Below are positions 48,356 to 61,739 of a DNA stretch of 64,000 nt, piece by piece (the first letter of the stretch is position 1; every line of letters starts with the position of its first letter). The notes beneath the pieces were generated by a model. That model had not been told where the DNA came from and ran no database searches. It worked only from the letters and a program-made list of their open reading frames with translations. This stretch comes from Eremomyces bilateralis CBS 781.70 (lineage: Eukaryota), in assembly GCA_010015585.1 (NCBI GenBank), contig ML975151.1. One strand, written 5' to 3'. The position numbers were made by a program, and so were the translations under genes.

Positions 48356-50743
48356 ATGATTCAAGGATTTGACGAATGGAGCGCGAGCTTCGCGGACACG
48401 CGACCTCAGGAAGATCTCCGTGGTGCTGTCCTAGCCATTGAGGCGGCCGACTACCTGACCCGCATGATGAACACTCCTCCGACCCGCGAACCGCTTCTCT
48501 CCGCCTTAGCAGGCCATCCGTTTACCATGGAGGTTACCGTCAAGAACAACATTCGTCGATTCCGCGACCTGGATATCACTCCGCTCTTTGTTTTTAGCGG
48601 ACTCAATATTGGAAAAAACACCCGCCCTTTTGAGGAACCTGAGAAGGCGTCAAGCGTCAATACGGAGGCGTGGGAGTTATATAACCACCAGGAACCGGAG
48701 AGAGCTGTGGAAACGTTTGGAAAGTCGGGTATGAGCGCGAATTGGCGTCAGGGAAAGACTACAGGTGCTAATGACCGCAGGCTCCGTCAAGGCGGAAGAT
48801 ATGTTCAGATATTTGCAAGCCATCCTGAAAGAGGAGGGCGTCAAGTTTCAGGTTGCACCATATTCCTCATGGGCACAGGTACGGGCTCTCCATTTCGATC
48901 CCTGATCTCTGTTAACAGACTTCGAAGCTTGCTTATCTCGAGCGCCACCCTCGACGTTTCATTGACGCGGTCATGGGCTCGTCTGAGCTGCTTCTCTTCG
49001 ACGTTGATTCCGTCATCACCAACTGGGACAACAACAAAGAAGAGTTTACATGGGTTAAGCGACGTGCCTGTTTCGCAGAACTCGGGAACATCTCCCCGGA
49101 TATGTTCGTCGATGCTTGCCTCCTCGCTGGCTCGAAGCTGTCTCTGACCCTCCCCCTCCTCGAGAATGGCGCGAATCGCAAGCAACCAAAACTCAAAGCT
49201 GCGGTGGACTTAATGTCTGTATCCGAATTCACTCGATCCGGAAACGCGGTTTGCCTGCAACACGAGGACGCGCCACAAATGCGAGCAACAAACTACATAG
49301 ACCGATTCCGCCGTAGCAAGCTTGCGGTCAAGCACCATATTGTCCTCACGGTAGAAGGGAAAGTCGAGCCTCTTGACGCGCATAATGTTCCGAACGATGT
49401 CCACGAGTTCATCGGCCAACGATTGCCTGATGAACTCTATCTCTATCTCTCCAAAGGCATGATTGGACCGCGCGTACTCAATTGGCTGACATCGGGGGAG
49501 ATCATCGAACTGCCACCGCTTGATGGAGGGGAGTCCGAAGAGTATCGAAGCTTGGTGTCAGAGAAGTTGAGAGAGGTTCGCACAACAACATTGTCGCTCC
49601 TCTCGCGTTCTTTGGCTCGTTTCTACCAGTATAGAGACCTTACATTCCGGTGTTGGTTTGAGAAGGATAATTTGCGAACAATTTCCATCCGTGACACAAC
49701 GGACTATGCGCCTACCGTGATCGCCTGGTCACTCAAGACGCCTTCTTTTGCCGATGCATTTGAGAAATTCAAGGTATTTCCTTCTCCGTTTTAATCAGAA
49801 CGTTATGGAAAGTCTAATCGGCAAGCAGGGCAATGGCTCCTTGAGTCGAGCAGTCTTAGTGTTGAAGGATCACTCGTTTGCTTCATCGACCACCGGAAAG
49901 GCTGATAAGAAGCCTCTCACAGACAAGGATGAGATAATATACAACTGCCTTTGGCGCTTCCTCCAACTTCGCGGCTATGTCGATCCTTCCTCACACAAAT
50001 TGACCAAATGGGGCGAAGCTCTTTGCACCATGCTGGAAACCCTCGCCAGTCATCCAGGATTGGAAGAAGCTGCTGTTGTCGCAATTGAACTCGCGCGCCT
50101 AGGCTTACTCGACGCGGAAAACATGTTCCCTACGTACAGCGGTGCACCCTTCCGCGGCTCCGATACGGATCGACGAAATACGCTCCTTATCTCTCGCGTC
50201 GCCTGTCTTGGCAAGCTGGAACACAACACCATCGGTTTCACGGGACCACTAAGCAAACACCTTTTAGGCTACCAGTCCATGATCAATACTGTCCGAGGCA
50301 GTTTACGAGACCTGATGGAAGTCACCATAACCCAGTTTTTCCTAAGCGGCGGTGCTGAGCGGGATCGATCTGACTTTACGGACCTAGGCCTGGAGCTGCC
50401 CTTCCTCCTTTCCAACGACTGCGGACTTGGGATCGCCGTCAAATCGTACCTTGACGAGCTCGTTGGAGCATCCGACCGCAGCTCAGCGGAGGTCAAGGAG
50501 TCGGTGAAAGAGCGAGGCGCGACCGAGTGGTTCCCACACAGCGTTGAATTCGCGAAAAACATCGACAAAGCTTTCGTGTTATGGGATGCAGTATGTTCCC
50601 CGAAGTTCTCTTTTGGACCTGCAATAGTTGTTGCGATATTAACTAGTAATCAGGTTTACAAAGGCATTAAGACTGCCGGACGTCTCGTCGAGAACGCACG
50701 CCTTTTCGATGAAGTCAACGAGTGGCTCGAGCCCCTCCGTTGA
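48356..50743 (+). CDS. MKT1: Mkt1, XPG/PIN-like post-transcriptional regulator (multi-exon)
   Basis: LAIEAADYL, EPLLSALAG, PLFVFSGL, VAPYSSWAQ|LAYL, FVDACLLAG, PNDVHEFIGQRLPDELYLYLSKG, GFTGPLSKHLL, CGLGIAVKSYLD. Confidence 0.9.
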
Positions 50744-51988
50744 CCATATTCTATCATCACAGCCTGATGGAGCACATGACTACCATTACCCCACCATGGT
50801 TTAAGGTGGTCCGACATACTCCTTCTCAGAAGTGTTGTATATCAATTTGAAGCGTTTTGTACGGATGACTTGTCTCTTCGAACGTGGGCACAAACTGCAG
50901 TGGCGCTTGTACAATGAAATATGTTCTTCATGACGTTCAGTTTCTCCACTCCTTTACTAGGATGTCCTTATCTCTACAACTAGGAATATCACAGCGCACA
51001 AGTACCCGACTATGAAGGTACCGCCGCGGACCGACCTCACAAGCCACATCCGGCCTTCATTGAAGCTAACGAAGGCACGAACGAGGTCTTTTTCTACTGT
51101 CAGCCTTGAATCGTGGGGATGAAGGAAAGGAACAGAAGATTCTGGAATGCGCACAAATAGGCTGGCGTATTGATCCAATCATTGTCACAAAATTTCAAAA
51201 CTTCAAAGACTCAAATCCAAAAATCAGGTCCAACTGAACCAAAAATAGGGTACCTCCATAATGTGAAGAACGGAAGGTCGAGACTCAATGGAAAGAAGAG
51301 GATGCGGATGCGAAGTTTGTCTAGATCATTCCAGGAGCGAAAGCGCCATGAATGTGCCCGGCCATTCTTAACCTTGGCAATCATGCTGTCCAAAGCTCTA
51401 CCAGGCTGGATTGGATGGACTGCGGGCAGCCACGGAAATATTCGATGTATGAGAAAGAATAGAAACAAACACATCCCATAATCAACAATTCACTAATTGT
51501 CTCATCAGACGACTCGAAGCAATGTCCAGAACCCCTATTTACTAACCGATCAATGTGTCCAATCGCAGCCCAACGCCAGAATTGCAACCCACGCCGCTCA
51601 CAATCAGAATCATCATGTCTACAAATATTGCCTTTGTGCAGATGCACATAGAGGGCTGGGATGGACAGTCGAAAGTACAACACCAAAGTCATTGCGGACA
51701 AATGGCCAGACCCCAATGCAATCCAGGTTTCTAAGTCTCCATGGCCAGTTGCTATAGTTAAAACGTGATATATTCCGATCCGCAATCTCTTCTCACAATT
51801 CGCATAGGCTGCTTCCCATCATCACCCTCATCGTGTACAGTGTCTACCTTCATAAGCACTGCCGCAGCGGCGCCCCATACAGGGAAAATGGGACGTAGAA
51901 TACGAGCGCCGCTTACAATCGGAATGGCGAGAACGACAAGTCGACGGGGGCCAACACGTACTAGTTGAACGAGACGCAGCCGCAACCA

Positions 51989-52020
51989 CAGACGCAGACA
52001 CAGACGCAGACGCAGACACA
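51989..52020. repeat. Hexamer microsatellite (CAGACG/CAGACA)n
   Basis: cagacgcagacacagacgcagacgcagacaca seen directly. Confidence 0.8.
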
Positions 52021-52584
52021 GCCGCTGTTGGTTCCGCGGGCTTCAACACCGTACGCCAAGGATATGTAAGGGGCTATATGGAGACTGTCTAAAGGTCGAG
52101 ATATCCTAGCTGGCGATTTGTAACCTTCGACCATAGCGTTCGAAAGTTCTACGTTCCATGTTAAGGCCATGCCCGTGCTGTGAATGTTTTGGACTCAGTG
52201 ACTCACCACCAAAGCTTGAATTGAGCTAGGTCAATTATATAATGTATCGAAAGTGTGGTGAAGAGTATTTGTCTTAGAAGAACAATCTATTGATATTTGA
52301 TGATTTGGGCCGATTTTGTTGAACTCGCAGGAGCGATATTTTCCGCTTCATCCTTCCTCCGCCATCACCGCTAGTCGAATTATTATAGGGTGACGAAACT
52401 AAAAAGGCTGCAATTGAAGAGCTGCTAATTAGCGTTTGGAGGTGGATTTCCATCCGACCACTGTTTACCGAAGTAGTGTCGCGGGTATATTGGTTGCAAG
52501 GAGCAAAATGATTTCATGATCTAAACTGTGAGATTATCCTATATCGCAGGCGTCTGTCGACAACGACAAGCGCCTTTAACAACT

Positions 52585-52655
52585 GCACTAATGGTCTAGT
52601 GGTAGAATGTGTCGTTGCCATCGACGCGGCCCCGGTTCGATTCCGGGTTAGTGCA
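52585..52655 (+). tRNA. tRNA-Gly (GCC), intronless
   Basis: Acceptor stem GCACTAA/TTAGTGC; A-box TGGTCTAGTGG; anticodon arm TGTCG-TTGCCAT-CGACG; T-arm CCCGG-TTCGATT-CCGGG; T-run terminator follows. Confidence 0.96.
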
Positions 52656-53196
52656 TTTCTTTTTGTCTTTTTTGCCCATAATATTAATCGAGATTGCGAA
52701 GAAATTCATTCCTTGGTGCATTTTTGATAGTGGGAAGTCCAAACCGACGATGGTGTGGGTTGTTGGGAAGCAGAGGATTTCTACGCCTTGGTGCCTTAGG
52801 CGCCAAACAGAAACACGAAACAAGCAGCCAGCTTGAGTGCAGCTCAGTCATTTCAGTTCAGGGGCAGACTCACCTCTAATTATTACTTCGAGTTATTACA
52901 CAGGATTCAGCGGAGCACTCTCTATCAGACGTCCCATGAAGATGTAAAAATATTCCTGGGACTGCGAGTTTGATGTATACGGATCGACTTACAGTACATC
53001 CCGAATAAAGCCAAATGAAAAGGGTCTCCCTGAAGGTGTGTATCAAGCCGAGACGTTTCTAGGGGCTCACGATAACAGAAATCCATATAAGCAGTAAGGG
53101 TTGGAGAATGGCTATCTAATAGGGTTCCTAAAAGGTGTTCGAACTATCCGAGGCCTCTGATAACGGGATGAGTAATAAATGACAGTAAAGGTCGCT

Positions 53197-55500
53197 TCAG
53201 CTACGGGTCAATACCTCGAAACTAGCCAAGCAGTTCCTCAAATTCTTCCTCCTCTCCCCCAATATTCGCTTCTTCCGCAAATTGGTCTCGTGATCCGGAT
53301 CATGGTAGACTTGTTCAAACAGGGCGTCATCATCTATCCAGTCCAGCTGGAACACCTTTCTCAAACCCACGAGCAGATGTCGCTCGACCACTTGAATGAG
53401 GACATTGTCGATGAATCTATCCCGTGAGATCTACAGTATTGTTAGCAAGTAGTGTGAAAATTGTGAGTTCAGCCTTACATTATAGTAAATTAGCATATCT
53501 TGAATCATCTTCACCGCCGTATCTCTGCGGAGGCTTTCCTCATCCCCCATTCCTAGCGCTTGAGCTGTCAACTCCGGCGTATTTCCGATGATGCTCAGGG
53601 CAGGCTCGTGCTCTTCAGTCGGGATGAGGTCTTGAGCAGTGTTGATTTTTCGGAACATTCGGCTGGCGTACGTGCGACTGCTCTCTTGCCAAAACCTCTC
53701 GTTCTCAGTGATGACAGTTCCAAGTCGATCGACCTCCAGCTTGCCAAGTTCCTCTACCGCGCAGCCTTTTCGCTCATCGAGACGGTCTTCGAGGACATGC
53801 GCCCAGAAGCGGGAACTCAGCGCAGGGAACTGGCTATTCAATTTGAATGCAAGGACCTCGAGAAGGAAGGTCCGGCAGTGCTCGAAGGCCCGCTCGACAT
53901 AATCCTCTGCAATATCCTTCCATGGGTTCGAATAGTCCACGAAGAGGAGGTTGATGCGCTGCGGGTCGAAGTAACCGGGAAGTTCCGCGCCCTGAGTTTT
54001 GACCAGGACATCGTAGAATTTCTGGACCCATTCGGTCCCGTCAGAAGGGACGATGCCGTTGGGGGTCCAGGCATATTCCATGTTATGGCCATGCTGTTTG
54101 AGCTCGTCAAAGAAGTTTCGCTCTTCGGAGCGAATCTTGGCGCGGAGATAACGGCCGCGCTCAGCCTCGGACAGCTGAAAGAATTCATGCTCATTGTATG
54201 TACCTTTTGCGCCGTGTTCGGTGATGATTGACATCTCCATGCTAATGTCGCTTAGTATTCGCTTCATCTCATGGGGGTCCTTGAGTCCGTTCGATACCGC
54301 CTTCAACTCGTCATCGTAACCAGCGAGCTTTTGCTTGATGTCCTTCTTGAGACGAGGCATTTGGTCGAGCGTGTGCTTGAACAAGACGGTTTTAAGCCTG
54401 TTCCGCAAATGCTTAACTCCCCATCTATCCACTCGGTGCAGCACATGCCAACGATTTGGTTTGCCCGCATGCTCGCCTTGGGAGTATCGTTCTTCTTTAA
54501 AGAATGCCTCTTCTTTGCGGTCTCTCTCCTCTGATGAAGTGTTGCTGACGACTTCAATGGCGGTACGATTGACTAAGACGTGACATCCTTGCTGGAACTG
54601 GACATCCTCATTTCGGCCCTGAACAATTCGGATCCACTCAGCTTCGTTGTCCATGCCTGGTTCGGTGCGGTCCGGCTTGGTGATGATGCCAAAAGTTCGT
54701 CGGCCTTCCGGGTCCACGTCACGAGCTTTCTGCAAGATGCGATGCTTCTGGAAGTTGTCGTCGGCATTGAGAATGGCGAGGATGATGGACTGCGGGTCCT
54801 GAATGTAGCGATCCGTAAGTTCGTCGACCATCAGCACTTCTCCATCTCGATCTCGGCGGTCAACTTGGATGAGGCCAGGAAGATCAACGATAGTTAGTCG
54901 TTGGTTGGTCGGTCCACGGATTTCCACTCGAAGGATGTCTTTTGAGAACTTAAGGCCACTCGATGCTGGATTGTCGGTGAACCCCATGGCACGCGATGCT
55001 TCCTTCATCAGCTCTTCCAACCGATGCGAAGGTCGAGACATGTTGAAGCCACTAAGGGCGGCTTGGTTGGCGGGACTGCGTGAGCTATCAGGGATGATGC
55101 TGACGTTCACCGAGCGAACATTGTCGCGCAGCAGGCGGATCTCGGTGACGAAACGAGTGCATGTTGTATCGCCTCGTGGAAACGGGACTCGAGTAATAGC
55201 CTCAAGGACCGAACTCTTGCCGCTTGATTGGGAGCCACACACGACGAGTTGTGGAAGGCTCAATTCACGATTGAGGTCATGGGAGCGTATGTCATCGACG
55301 ACGTTCAAAAACTGGGTCTCACGATCGTCTTGTAGTTCGATTGCAGAGCCCAAGTCTTCCCAGCCGTCGGATCCTCCATGCGGAGGAGTCAAAATAGGGC
55401 TTGACAGAAACTCCGACGTGGCGGCGTTGGCCTGAAGAGGACTCCCAGGGGACCTGACATGCCCTGGATAACCGCTCCTATTCTGATTAACCGTTGGCAT
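53197..55500 (-). CDS. Dynamin-superfamily GTPase, Mx-like fungal type (intron 53431-53478)
   Basis: LPQLVVCGSQSSGKSSVLE (G1), CTRF (G2), DLPG (G3), TKPD (G4), GAELPG, and GED YYN|ISRDRFIDNVLIQVVERHLL. Confidence 0.92.
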
Positions 55501-56227
55501 ATTCGGTCAGTGTGCGAGTCTCAGGGAAAGATTTGAAGGATATAGTATGGGCCAGATATAATTCAGAGTCAAAGGTCAGTTGTCAAGGTATTCACAGGAA
55601 GTTCAAAGAACTCGAAAATGGAGATGAAATACGAAATTTTAAAAGAGCCCATCCAGAAATCAAAACCATTACGAGGACATTTGACGCGTAGACGAAGGCA
55701 AATTTTCATATGCTGCCCATGTCTCTGAGCCTCATATTTCCCCAAGGCCAAGCGACAAACTCATCGATTGCCTGGAGCCTAGAGCCATATAATAAAGACA
55801 CGGTGTCCAAAAGCATCAATATCGTATGCAACGCGAATAATAATTGCGTGTACATCATTAAGACATGTGTATCAGAGCGCTTTCGTATGATTTCTAGACG
55901 CCGGTGGCGATTGGCGGCCGCGATACGACTGGATGGATTGCGAACTTGGTGACGCGGCTAGGCAACACCAGCAACCACCAACCACATTCTTGACACTGTG
56001 AGGTCACACCCTTGAAGGTTAACATGGAAATCGTTTAAGATGGAATAGGAAAGATGTAGGGAAATGCATGTAGCTGTAGAAGTCCAAATAGACCCGGTTG
56101 ACCATTCTAAATGAACACAAGTTGCCCCAGACCAATCGTGCAGCAGCGGCATTCAAAGACTATGAGGAACAATTCTTTTGCAGCACAATAAGAAATTATA
56201 TTGGACTGTTGTTGGCGCCGGTACTAT

Positions 56228-57147
56228 ATGGCTGACTTGCAGCTGAAAAGTCAGCTTCCCGACATCGCGAGGAAAATCAAATCAGGTAGCAAGCTATTTG
56301 AGAAATATCGCACCAAGCGCGGATTCGCGATTAATGCAGACGAACAGCTACACGAGCTATTGCATGCTGGACCACGAGGTGTCCAGTCTCCGTACAATAA
56401 GCTGGTCCTTCGGCTGGGAGAAGAGTTTGCGAAAGGCGACGGTAAGTAATCGACTATAACCAAGGTGATAGTGAAGAATGGAGACTGAACAAAACCACAG
56501 ACGAATGCATTGCACGGTTCAATCAGATCAGTGTCGATATCGAGAGACTCATCGACCAACTAGCTTTGCGGCTTGACAATGCCGAAGGCGAGCAGGGCGT
56601 CGTCTTCGATCCCGAGGTGGAACAAGAGTGGGAATCCGAACTCCACGACACTCTGGAGGAGAAGATGAGGAAGGGAAAATCGGCGCTGAGCGAATTTGTT
56701 CAAAGAAGGTGGAAAATCACTCCTACTGTTCTTCTCGGTTCTCCTGTCAACCACTCCAGCCTTCGACGCATGCATGGCTCGCCTTACTGCCCAGGAGCAC
56801 TTCGGCTTCAACGAGACCTAAACGCATCAATTTTAGATGTTGCTACCACGCTTCCGAATGGGGAATCGTTTCGCTGTGAAGAATGCGGCCTGGAGCTCAA
56901 GGACCTCGAGTTGCCGCAGCAGAACCATAGCGAGGAGGGGTGGACTGCTGTCGCAAGAACCCATGTTCGAGCATCGATTTCCTTAAAGGATCGCAGAGCG
57001 TGGTTCATGTGCGTTGAGTGCCAGTGTCTTGGTCGAGAGCATTACACTGTTAGTGTCCGGGCACTCATACACCATTTGAAGGAGCATGTAAAGTTAAAGA
57101 AGCTGAGGGACAGATTGGACGCTGCGAGGTCAACCGTGGTACTCTAG
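56228..57147 (+). CDS. Hypothetical protein with C-terminal Cys/His Zn-binding motifs (intron 56442-56500)
   Basis: Exon 1 ends LGEEFAKGD; the splice restores frame into ORF 56566-57147; YCPGALRLQ, CEECG, HVRAS, CVECQC, HHLKEH. Confidence 0.7.
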
Positions 57148-57456
57148 TTAGGAATCGAGACAATGTTCGGAAATGAAAAGCAGCAGGTGTATTTGAAGCC
57201 GAAGCCCTTTCGAAATTCGGAATGATTTTCGTTGAAGAGAAGCGTCGTGTTGTGTGATAAGAAAAAAAAACTCGATATGGTGTCGAGTCTTCGATCTAAC
57301 ATTAATTCCGGCCTGTCTCTCCTACAAGTCTCCAGCTTGTCGAGCCGATGATCTTATTCCAGTATTTGGTCATCAGGCTGTAGCCTGTCGCCCGTAGTCG
57401 CCGTAAATATTGCCGTCGAGGACTCGAGATATTAGTAAATCAGTACTCCGTAGTGA

Positions 57457-57488
57457 AATAAAAGTCCGAAGTAATAAAAGTCCGAAGT
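57457..57488. repeat. Tandem 16-mer (AATAAAAGTCCGAAGT)2
   Basis: Exact duplication seen directly. Confidence 0.8.
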
Positions 57489-57974
57489 CTCGGCAGTCGG
57501 CACCGAATCGGCCTGGAGTCTGGACTATAATATGCTTCATTCCGCGATTCGGCCCGTCCCAGCATGAACCACGTTTAATGGTGCCGATAAATGACGTTAA
57601 TTTGACGAGTGACCCGGGTTTCTAACTACAACTTCTAGTTTCTACGACATCCTGTGAAGAATGTATTGTTCGGTACCAGCACCTGGGCTCTCTCTCCAAT
57701 GATGAACTCTGATGAAAACTTCATATGTAAAACCGTTATCTGTGCTGATGGCATCCTATGCTGTACTTTCCCGAAGAACGTTTCAGCCCCATCATTAAGA
57801 TAGGACGAAAAAGGGGCCTACTGAAAATGACGTCCCCATTTCACACCTTTTAATATCAAAACATAGGGGTATTATTAGAGCGATCTTGTTTTTCCTCTTC
57901 TCATCTCCCACCACCTTTTTACCCATTGTTCTTATCCTTAACCATCGGGGGTGTTCCCGTTGTCGTGGGACGCA

Positions 57975-60640
57975 ATGGGCGAACCCAGTGTTCGGGATTT
58001 CCAGGCGAACTCGACCTCGCCCATCACGTCGACTTCTCCGCGTCGGGCCTCTCAAGCCCCTCAGTTTCGGTCGCCCTTCGCCGAAAATCGAGCTCGCGCG
58101 CAGTCCAGCCCGGGCGGGAGCACGCATATACCTTTCACGCCGACGCCCGCCTCTCGGCGCCATCAGACCGTCGCTGAACCGGAGCCGCTTGCTCGTTCTA
58201 CGTCCTATGCATCGCGCGCATCTATCCAATCCCGTCGCCGACCGGAACGATCGAACACCATACGCGAATATCACTCTCCGACTCGACCGATCTGGGAAGT
58301 CGCTGGTGCAGAGCCGGGTGTCGATACAAAGGATGGAACCGCACATCCTCATTACATCGGTCTCCACCAGGAGTGTGGCATCACGGTTGTGGATTTTAGC
58401 GAGGATGTCATAGTAGAGACCGAGCTTACAAATGAGACACTCGAGGAGTTCCTGCTCGAGGAGCAACCGGAGAAAACGAAATGTCGGTGGATAAACGTAA
58501 ACGGGCTGAGTTGGGATGTCATCCAGATGCTAGGCAACTATAAGAAGTTGCATCGGCTGGCAATTGAAGATCTGATGAATACACGAGGTTCAAGAACCAA
58601 AACCGATTGGTACTCTGACCATTGCTTTGGTATGTATATGCCTTCTTTACTACGTCCCTTCTACTCGGGGTGCAGTCTTCCCCTTTATGTTTGCTTCCTC
58701 CATTGACCACCGTCACTATTCCGCTGAAGGGTAAAGGATCCCGCTCTACGACATCTACTGCTGAAAAGAGTTCTTTGTTCCTTAGAAGCGCCTGTATTCC
58801 AATTTCATAGACATCGATGTCCCACGTTCTCTTTATAATACTCAGTTTGTCGTTTGGCAAAATTGATTTCAGATCCTGACGATTACAGTCCTCCTAACCC
58901 TTCAAAAGTTAGTGAAACTCGGCCCACTCCACCTAGAAGGTGACGAAGTTTCCCTTTCAGAGATGCTCGAACGACGCCCAAGTTATTGGAAACGTCTATG
59001 GAGAAAAGCCCATGATGACTCCAGCATTCTCGTCGATAATGGTGGACCAACACTCGAGAAGCTCGGGGATACGACCTGGGCACACAGTGTCCGAGCCGAA
59101 CCGAAACGATTCATGGACATCAGAAGCCTACAACGGTTTCGTGGTGGCTCAAGTAAACGAAGCTTATATATGGAGCGAAATTCTCCGCTCTTGAAGAAGC
59201 AGCTTGCTGTCAGCGTAGAGCAAGTTTCTATGTTCCTTTGTTCTGATAATACGGTCATATCATTTTTCGAACACTCCGCCGACGACATCGAGCAACTCAT
59301 CCTTCCACGTCTGCGGACTGACGACACTATCTTGCGGAGGAGTTGTGATGCAAGTATGATTGTGCAGGCTATGATCGACGCAATCACTGATCTTGCGATG
59401 GCGGTCGTGGCTGCATATGAGGATGTGATGGCCGAGGTGGAGTTAGACGTCTTGATTGATCCGGACATGGATCACTCTAGGACTTTGTACATACTGCAAA
59501 CGGAGCTGGTGCTGCTTGCCAACAACATACATCCGATTTCCGCGTTGATTAACACGCTTCGCGATCATCGCGAACTGCTGCAAGGTATGGCCGTCAGCTG
59601 GGTTTATAGATAGCGCAAGTCTAACTACTTATATAGGCACGGTGGGCAAGAAGGAGGACCACGACGCGAACCCGGCTAGCAGGTCACACGGGGATGTTTC
59701 GTCCTCCGTCCAGATCAGCCCCTTGGCGTACACTTATCTGGGTGACGTTGACGACCACTCTATCATTATCACCCAAAGTTTGAGGTGGGTTGATCCCTCC
59801 TACGTTGCGGAGCATCCAGAAAACTCCATATCACTTGGTTCGACGCACGGCTAACGTTTGAATTAGGCAGATGTCTCGTTCCACAGAAGCCCAGATCGAC
59901 TTCATCTTTAACTCTATGACGAGTCAGCAGAATGAGTCGGTCTTAAGTCTGAGGTAAGCTAGCCCGCGCTACCTCATTGAGCGTCTTTAGAATCAACCAG
60001 CTCACCGACACTGCAACAGCATCATAAACCTAATCTTTATGCCTCTCACGTTCCTGGTTGGTTACTTCGGAATGAATTTCGAAGAATTCCCGGCTATTAG
60101 GGACCATAGCGACTCGTAAGTCCTCCAAATGTTTCCCTTCTTTTCCACGTCTATCATGGAAAGGGCCAAGGGTTTTAGCGCAGGCACAATGCATGACTCC
60201 CTGCGCAAATCATCATAGTCTATCCCATCCGGTTGCCACGTCTTTAATGACATGGGCAACGGAGGCAGTGAGATTGCTGGCAAAGTTCATACTGGACCCT
60301 ACGGCAGCCAGGAAGACACCGCTTTTCAGTCGCCAAGTTTCTTTATACAATACCGCCTATGTGTCCTACGTGTTTACTGACCATTTTTGAAAATTTGAAA
60401 CTAATCGCTTCATCAATTCACAGGTGGTTCTTCATAATTGCAGGTCCTATCACCGTAGGGACACTCATTATACTGCTACGAAGATCGATCTTTCGCATGT
60501 TCCGCAAAGCTTATCAGAGGCGGTGGGTCACTCGCCAAAAGAAGGGGCGACGATCCCCTTTTGGTGTTAAACTTCCTTTCGTTGTGAGCCCGCAAGATGC
60601 AGAAGCTCGTAACCGTCGATTCGATGACTCGATGGGGTGA
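57975..60640 (+). CDS. CorA-family Mg2+ transporter (multi-exon)
   Basis: GAEPGVDT, CRWINVNGLSWDVI, LHRLAIEDL, TKTDWYSDH, VSVEQVS, YLGDVDDH, IFMPLTFLVGYFGMNF (GMN signature). Confidence 0.92.
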
Positions 60641-61739
60641 CCTGCACTGATTGCCACGAAAATATATACGCAGTTCACCTACCCAGCGGCTGCTTCTGTG
60701 TAACCTCGACCTCGGCGATACACGTAACTGCACGCTGACCTAGCTCTCACACTGTATGATGTTGGCAGGACTCGGCATCTTTGGGTCCGAAGCTCCAAAT
60801 CGTGATCCAGTGCAAGGCCGCGCAGGAGATGAAGCTACTGGATGGAAGCGGCCCCAATCAACAACGACGCAGACGCCCGGTGTCAAGCAAACAAATGCCA
60901 CGACGCATATGCGAGCAGGATTAGAAGACGCCATTGATGGATTTATAGGGTTCGATGCGCTGGTCGGTTCTATGTAGCCCGACAGCAGAAAATAACCTTG
61001 CATTGGCTGCCTGCGGCTCGGTCCTAGGATGTGATGTGCTAGCCTCGTAGCGGGGCTTGCATCTCATTCTCAACAACACGAGAAGCCCAGCCCGTCAGAA
61101 CTCGGCAGAAATGGTATGGTTTCTCCCTCCTAGGTTACACCAGCAGAAGCAAGCGACTGCTAGCATCAAGTTCGGTGATTCGATCTCCGCCTCTTCACAT
61201 GGCGAAATCCGTATCACAATGCAGCATGGGGTCTCATCCAACTCCCCGCAGAAGTAGTGATTCCCTTCTCAAGCAACCCCTCCCATGCTGCCCTCTCGAG
61301 CTGCTTCTGTTCCTTTCAGACATTTAAGCCGATATTTGGTGGCTATTACTTTCTATTACTACACTGCCGCGAAAGTAAACTTCACTGTTGTACTTGGATA
61401 AATTAGTCTTTGGCTGTATATCTAAGTGTATCATCGCTACTATAATTCCTTTGTCGAACTCCAAGCCTTGTCACGTTCTACAAGTAGGACATAGCGATTG
61501 GCGCGGAGCACGCTCCATCCAATAATTTTCCAACGTTGAGTCAACTGGAAACTTTCATCTGTCGTATGCATGCCACTGTTTGCGCTTACCATTTTGAATC
61601 ATACCGAATTTGGCGCCATATAAGACCGCTGGCAATGCAGGCCATTGACTGGTAGATCGCAGACGGGATTTTCTCCGCTTCCCAGCGGTTCCCGCGCCTC
61701 TTCGCTCTTCGATGTCACCATTATTACGCTGGCTTCATT

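Noticed and set aside
50957..52170. Short ORFs between MKT1 and the tRNA
   Set aside because: No consistent exon chain or motif; could be debris but cannot be supported.
52596..52836. Short ORFs overlapping 52585-52655
   Set aside because: They are spurious translations across the tRNA-Gly gene.
52656..57400. Starship or other large mobile element next to the tRNA
   Set aside because: No tyrosine-recombinase captain, terminal repeats or duplicated tRNA end detected.
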